From contig BCGN01000012.1 in NCBI GenBank assembly GCA_001599295.1, positions 124,001 to 188,000 of the forward strand: a DNA stretch of 64,000 bases, in the 5' to 3' direction. Source of the stretch: Sporopachydermia quercuum (lineage: Eukaryota). The translations under genes and the position numbers were made by a program. The notes under the pieces are model-generated. The model saw nothing but the letters and a program-made list of their open reading frames with translations. It searched no databases and had not been told where the DNA came from. Shown here piece after piece: positions 58,577 through 64,000 of this stretch (its first letter is position 1; each line of letters begins with the position of its first letter).

Positions 58577-59658
58577 TATAAGTAAAATACTCAAAGTTTC
58601 TATTGAGACTCTGCTAGACTCGAGATATGTTATCCGATGAATACCAGGTATTCAGCGCTCTAAAGAATTAGAGGTACTTGGAGAGTACTAATGCAAAAGC
58701 CTTTATGATGCTGTTCTTAATTTATGATTGATTTGTTGAACTATGATGATTCAATATAATCTGGTTTCATAACAGTATATAATACGTGTTCTGAGTGTAG
58801 TTTGTGGTAAGATTATGCTTGATTTGTTTAAATAATGGTAATCGTCACCATTAGGATAATAGTTGATCAGCACACTACTATCAGAAGTATCAGATATAGT
58901 ACACTGATTTGTCATTACCTTTCAAAGATTGATATATATATATATCATATAAAGTGCAATTTGACGCATATAATATAACATCGCAGGTGCTTTCACAGTA
59001 ATCAATAGTACAGTATATAAGTATGAATAATGCTATGATACAACTACATGATAAGTAAGAAGAGAAATCGTTGTAAGGTTACTGATGACATGAAATAATA
59101 AGGAGATAAGAGGAAATAACGGAAATAATAAGGGTTTTCATTTCATTGTGATAGTAAATGCAAACCGGAAGTTATGGGTATATATATAGGAAGATAATCT
59201 CCGAAAAATTCTCTCCCAATTCCCTTTAAGTGATGATTTTGACGAACCGAAGTGAGTTATCAAACATTCCGCATATTAAAACATATTATATCTTAATTAT
59301 TAATAACTGAGGATATTAACTTTGATGGTGATTCGGGTGGTTACAAACCGGGCATGAATCTCAGTGCTATTTGTTGTGTATCCTTAACTTGTAGGTAGTC
59401 CCTATGGTTAATATGATGTCAGAAAGGATTATACTTGGATGTTATTAATTCTACAGCAAACTTTATGTTATCTACAGTTATTACTTAAAATAATACCAAA
59501 AACAAAAGAAACTTCATTATACCTTTCGAAGAACCAAGAATAATTAATGGTGTTGAAATTTTTACTCACTTGCTTAATATGAAGTATCTATACAATTCAA
59601 CCCCTCCGGCATATCCTGTATTATTGTACCAACCTTCAAAATAATTAGGCATCAATAC

Positions 59659-60804
59659 TCAAACGCTTGTTGCAGAGACGGCAAGATCACTTAAAATTGT
59701 TAAGTATGTTGGCAGAGTAGAAGTTGAGTTGATAAAACTCAGAGTTGGCTGTATCGTTGTAGTATTATGGGTAACTATGTTACTGTTAATACTACTTACG
59801 CCAATGCTGAGACCACTGGATGGTTCAACAGTTGCACTTGGGTCTATTACCAAAGCAGGATCAGTGGTTGTGAAAGTTAATGTCAATGTTTGAGTTGACG
59901 ACGTTGGTCCAGTTTCCGCGACATTGTCACCGAGTTGGGTAACTGTTACTGTTACACCTGGTTCTTTAACTGTTACTGTCACAGTTGAAGCAGCATCGCA
60001 AGAATCAGACAAGCTTTCTCCATTGGATATTTTGAGCTCGCTTCCTGAAGCTAAATCTAGTTCATCTCCTTCAGCATCAGATCCTGAAGCAGCTGCTATA
60101 GAACTTATTCCATTCGTTTGCTCAGCATCATCATTTGTCAAAGTTTTGTAGTAAGTTCTACTAATTGTAGAGTCTAGGTTTGTTAGAACAGATGTGGCAC
60201 ATCCATTATCATCACATGAGGTAACAGTTTGAATTTTAGTGAGAACACTGTCGTATTGACTTTCAACATCATAACCAGCTTTATTGACACTTGATGCTTC
60301 AGCGGGTTGACACTCAGGCTCAGTGCAGGTTGTCACAGTTTGAGTGAAGGTGACCGTAGAATCTCCTCCTTCTTTTGGAGCTAAGGTGCTGTCATTTTCA
60401 GGACCTTCAGTCACAGTAGAGGCATCAGTCATGATAGGGGCACCAGAGGCATCCGAAGAGGCACCAGGTACATCAGAAGAATGATACTCAGTAACAGTAA
60501 TGGTGCGTTCCTCTTCAGTACAAGCATTATCGGAGCATGAGGTAATACTCTCGATTGTGAAAATCGGTGTGTACTCAACAGCGGTAAAGTATGTAACTTC
60601 AGTAGGTAAGATGTTACCTTCAGAGTCCGAGGTGAAAGTAGAGGCAACAGCAGCTTGTAATGTGAGACTTGAATTATAGTCAAGGGGACTTGAAAGATCT
60701 CTTGCCTTCAAGTTTGATGGTGCGTAGCCTCCGTATCTTTCAGCTCGTATGGCATGGCTCACGGCGATTGATGAAAGTGATATAGCAATAGTTTGGTACC
60801 ACAT
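59659..60804 (-). CDS. Secreted Ser/Thr-rich cell-wall mannoprotein with Cys-x4-Cys flocculin-type repeats
   Basis: Signal peptide MWYQTIAISLSSIAVSHA; repeats TSCSDNAC, TTCTEPEC and TSCDDNGC; TVTVT runs. Confidence 0.8.
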   Translation of the reverse strand: MWYQTIAISLSSIAVSHAIRAERYGGYAPSNLKARDLSSPLDYNSSLTLQAAVASTFTSDSEGNILPTEVTYFTAVEYTPIFTIESITSCSDNACTEEERTITVTEYHSSDVPGASSDASGAPIMTDASTVTEGPENDSTLAPKEGGDSTVTFTQTVTTCTEPECQPAEASSVNKAGYDVESQYDSVLTKIQTVTSCDDNGCATSVLTNLDSTISRTYYKTLTNDDAEQTNGISSIAAASGSDAEGDELDLASGSELKISNGESLSDSCDAASTVTVTVKEPGVTVTVTQLGDNVAETGPTSSTQTLTLTFTTTDPALVIDPSATVEPSSGLSIGVSSINSNIVTHNTTTIQPTLSFINSTSTLPTYLTILSDLAVSATSV

Positions 60805-61687
60805 CGTAAAACATAAACTATGAGATGATAGAAACGATAAGTCAAATTAAAGGAAAGACCTATCTCCGATCAAGCTCAAACGAAAGAGTGATAGTGGTAA
60901 TCGAATAACAAGCGACAGGTTGCAGAGTGGTAACAGCAGAGAGCACGTTAATTAGAATAAGTCTCAGTGTTCAAGGAGTGAATGTGCAACAGTGCTTGCA
61001 AGTAGTACTTAGTTTTAAATGAGTGGATGAGATTGGATCTCTTGATGTCAGTTGCTAACGGATTTAAGCGATTGACATTTAGTGAATGAATTGTGTTGAA
61101 GAAAAACAGAAGCAGAGAGAAACAACTAGCAACTGGAATGAGAAAGAAGTCAAAAGGAATGATAAAATAAAATAATAGAGTTAAGGGGATTCTAGTATAT
61201 TGAATATCAACTAGATAACCGTTGAAGGGAGACCAAATATCCTTATGTTACAATCCTATTCCAAATGCCAAATCTTAGAATTACTAAATTTATCGCCTCG
61301 CTTAAAAATACTGAAGAAAGATTGATTCTTCATTTTTCGACTACTTGTAAACTCTATATGCACTAGAAACTCTCTTGACAAGATGAAATTGAATCCAGGA
61401 ACTGATTTCACGCTCTACAAACTTGAACCACGAACGTACTGGCATGAGCTATTACCAGATGAAAGGCATCCCTTCATATCTTTATCGAAATTGAACCAAG
61501 AGGTTTCAATTGATAGTCTAAGAATAGAAAAATGCCATAACCATGAACATTCCTTTAACTAAAACAGTATTTATTTCTCATTAATTCCTATTTCGTCTTA
61601 AAAGCTCATCGTGACGTTTAATGATTCCTTTTCAATACAATTGAATTTTCTTAATTGAGATAAAAATCATCAATTCTATTTCGCTTC

Positions 61688-61744
61688 ACGCGTTTCATTA
61701 TTCTATTTTTTTTCTTCACTTTTTCGTGTTTCGCGTTTGTCGTG
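61688..61744. promoter_or_regulatory. MCB/SCB (MBF/SBF) G1/S element cluster
   Basis: ACGCGT (61688), TTTTCGTG (61721) and TTTCGCGT (61729) within 50 nt. Confidence 0.65.
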
Positions 61745-62316
61745 TTTTCAGCTTTCACTTTAAGTTGGTGAGGCTTGCTGTTAGGGAGGATAATCGAGCT
61801 GAGACGTGATATCAATTGTATTTGAGTGTCCGGTGAGATGATAGGGATTAAACGTATGTTTTGTCGTGTATTCGATAGGAAGTCGAACAAAATCTAGAAG
61901 TTAGGGTGAGAAGTAGCAAGTTTATTGCGCTGATGTAGATTATTCAGTGTCCGTTAATAAGGGATGCTAACCCTTTAATGGACTAAATTCATTTTGTATT
62001 CGGATATTGAGGAATCATAGAAACTGAGAGTAGAAGTGGAGAAATAGTTACTCACATTCTAGTGATTCTTGTTGAGCTGCTCATTATTAATAGAGTGAAT
62101 TCGAACCATCCTTTGAATTAGTGCTGGTTTGGAAGGGAATAGCGAGAGTGGGTGACTATAACGGAGCAAGTTGCACAGTTGTTTAGCGAAGTTACTTTAA
62201 GATTGTGGGTGTTTCAACCAACAGCGGTCATCAAAGAGTTATAACTTTCCAATATCCTTCCATTGAACACTTTACAGTATCAGTCCTTTAATCCTACTAT
62301 TCGAATAGTTTCAAAG

Positions 62317-63639
62317 ATGCCTACTGAGTCCGAAATAGATGAGTGGAAGCGAACGAAAATCATAGGCATCATAGGCTTAGGTGATATGGGTCTATTGTAC
62401 GCCAAAAGGTTTAGTGAAGCAGGTTGGAAAGTAGTGGGATGCGATAGAGAAGATCTAATTGAGACTACAAAAAGAAGATGCAGCGGAATTGATATTGAAA
62501 TACTGAAAAATGGTCATTTTGTTTCCCGATGTTCAGATTATATTATATACAGTGTTGAAGCAGAGAATATTAAGAAGATCGTTAGTTTATATGGACCATC
62601 TACAAAGATGGGATCAATTGTGGGGGGTCAAACTTCATGCAAGGCTCCAGAGATTGAAGCGTTTGACGACTATTTGCCTCAAGATGTAGAAATTATTTCC
62701 TGCCACTCAATGCATGGACCTCATGTGAACCCAAGGGGTCAACCACTTATTCTCATCAACCATCGGGCATCAGCTTCTAGTTTTGAATTTATCAAATCTC
62801 TATTTTCCTGCTTAGAATCAAAAGTCGAATATTTAACAGCCCAAGAGCATGATAGAATTACAGCAGATACACAGGCTGTTACTCATGCAGCTTTCCTGAG
62901 CATGGGTGTAGCTTGGAGAGCGAATAATCAATATCCGTGGAAAGTGGCTAGATGGACAGGTGGCTTGGAGAATGCTAAAATTAACATCTCGCTAAGAATT
63001 TTCTCTAATAAATGGCACGTTTATGCTGGTCTGGCCATCACTAATCCATCTGCTCATGAACAAGTGCTCCAGTATGCTGCTTCAGTCACTGGTCTATTCA
63101 AGTTAATGATCGAAGGGAAAAAGGAAGAGCTAAGAACTAGGCTACACAATGCAAAGAAGTTTGTTTTTGAAAACGAAGAACTCAATAAGAATCACAACTT
63201 GTTGTTATCTGATGATCTACTTGCTCAATATTCTTTGGGTAGTGTTCCTCCAGATAGGAGAACACCTAATTCACATTTGAGTCTGCTTGGTATTGTCGAT
63301 AGTTGGTATCAGCTGGAAATTGTTCCTTATGATCACATGATTTGTTCCACACCTTTGTTTAGAATTCTTCTTGGTGTAGTAGAGTACTTATTCTGTACAC
63401 CTGGTTTATTAGATGAATGTATTGAGTATTCTTTATCTGATCAAGTATTCAGGGCTGACGATTTGGAGTTTACTATTGCAGCAAGGCAATGGAGTAAGAT
63501 AATAGCAAATGGTGATTTCAAACATTATAGGGAACTATTTGAAGAGACACAACGGTATTTTGATCATATGTTCCCTGAAGCTACTAGAATCGGTAATGAG
63601 ATGATAGGGAATATTTTGTCTAACACCCATAATTCATAG
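62317..63639 (+). CDS. TYR1: Prephenate dehydrogenase (NADP+)
   Basis: IGIIGLGDMG Rossmann motif, GGQTSCK, HSMHGP, HDRITADTQAVTHAAFLSMG; first ATG at 62317. Confidence 0.96.
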   Translation: MPTESEIDEWKRTKIIGIIGLGDMGLLYAKRFSEAGWKVVGCDREDLIETTKRRCSGIDIEILKNGHFVSRCSDYIIYSVEAENIKKIVSLYGPSTKMGSIVGGQTSCKAPEIEAFDDYLPQDVEIISCHSMHGPHVNPRGQPLILINHRASASSFEFIKSLFSCLESKVEYLTAQEHDRITADTQAVTHAAFLSMGVAWRANNQYPWKVARWTGGLENAKINISLRIFSNKWHVYAGLAITNPSAHEQVLQYAASVTGLFKLMIEGKKEELRTRLHNAKKFVFENEELNKNHNLLLSDDLLAQYSLGSVPPDRRTPNSHLSLLGIVDSWYQLEIVPYDHMICSTPLFRILLGVVEYLFCTPGLLDECIEYSLSDQVFRADDLEFTIAARQWSKIIANGDFKHYRELFEETQRYFDHMFPEATRIGNEMIGNILSNTHNS

Positions 63640-64000
63640 AATCAAACTCTCAAAGTCAAGCTTTTATTAAAAATTTTGCAAAATAAATTTGGCTTCCTGT
63701 ATATAATAACATATACTTCATGTCTGCTAGCTTTCTTCATTTCTATACTAGAGAGTGAGAAACCGGCTAGAAAGCTATTAATAAAACAAAATGGATACAT
63801 TTGACATCGTTACAATCCAAACCCACTAAGCAGTTTGAAAATTACTTGAAGATGATATTTTCTTGACGTTGAAGATATCTAGCATTCACTTGTTCTATTC
63901 TTTTACCCTTTCTTCTCTCTTGTCTTTTTCTCCTCTCAGATACCTCCATCACGTGGCTATCATTTTATGCCATGGTCCTATAATTTAATGATTACGTAAG

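Noticed and set aside
62096..62110. GGTTCGAATTC on the - strand, resembling a tRNA T-loop/B-box
   Set aside because: The flanks form no T-stem or cloverleaf, so it is not a tRNA; at most an isolated B-box

Overview
Gene-dense, AT-rich nuclear DNA from an intron-containing budding yeast. The standard genetic code fits (CTG sits at the conserved kinase Leu in ALKK). The splice signals are GT(A/G/T)NGT donors, (T/C/G/A)ACTAAC-type branch points and acceptors about 8-21 nt downstream; placement in an early-branching Saccharomycotina lineage is inference. There are 23 protein genes: WHI3-like (5' partial), Ptk2-like kinase, SUR7-family, a coiled-coil unknown, LAS1, NAD kinase, peroxisomal 4CL-like CoA ligase, ECM33, GLTP/HET-C2, TIF32, a small unknown, NOP56, PBA1, YKE2, COQ9, SFA1, ERG8, CYT2, TIM10, ABP1, a DUF676 lipase, a Ser/Thr-rich wall protein and TYR1. 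Nine are spliced and I rebuilt them by hand; the ORF track misses YKE2 entirely and most of GLTP. I found no tRNA, rRNA, transposon or CRISPR. The oddest signal is a reading-frame-independent excess of CGG(A/G) trimers confined to the kinase CDS. Other leads are a box C/D snoRNA candidate complementary to the 25S peptidyl-transferase region, a 1.6-kb SUR7 intron, and deep microsynteny with S. cerevisiae (NOP56-PBA1-YKE2-COQ9; ECM33-[GLTP]-TIF32).
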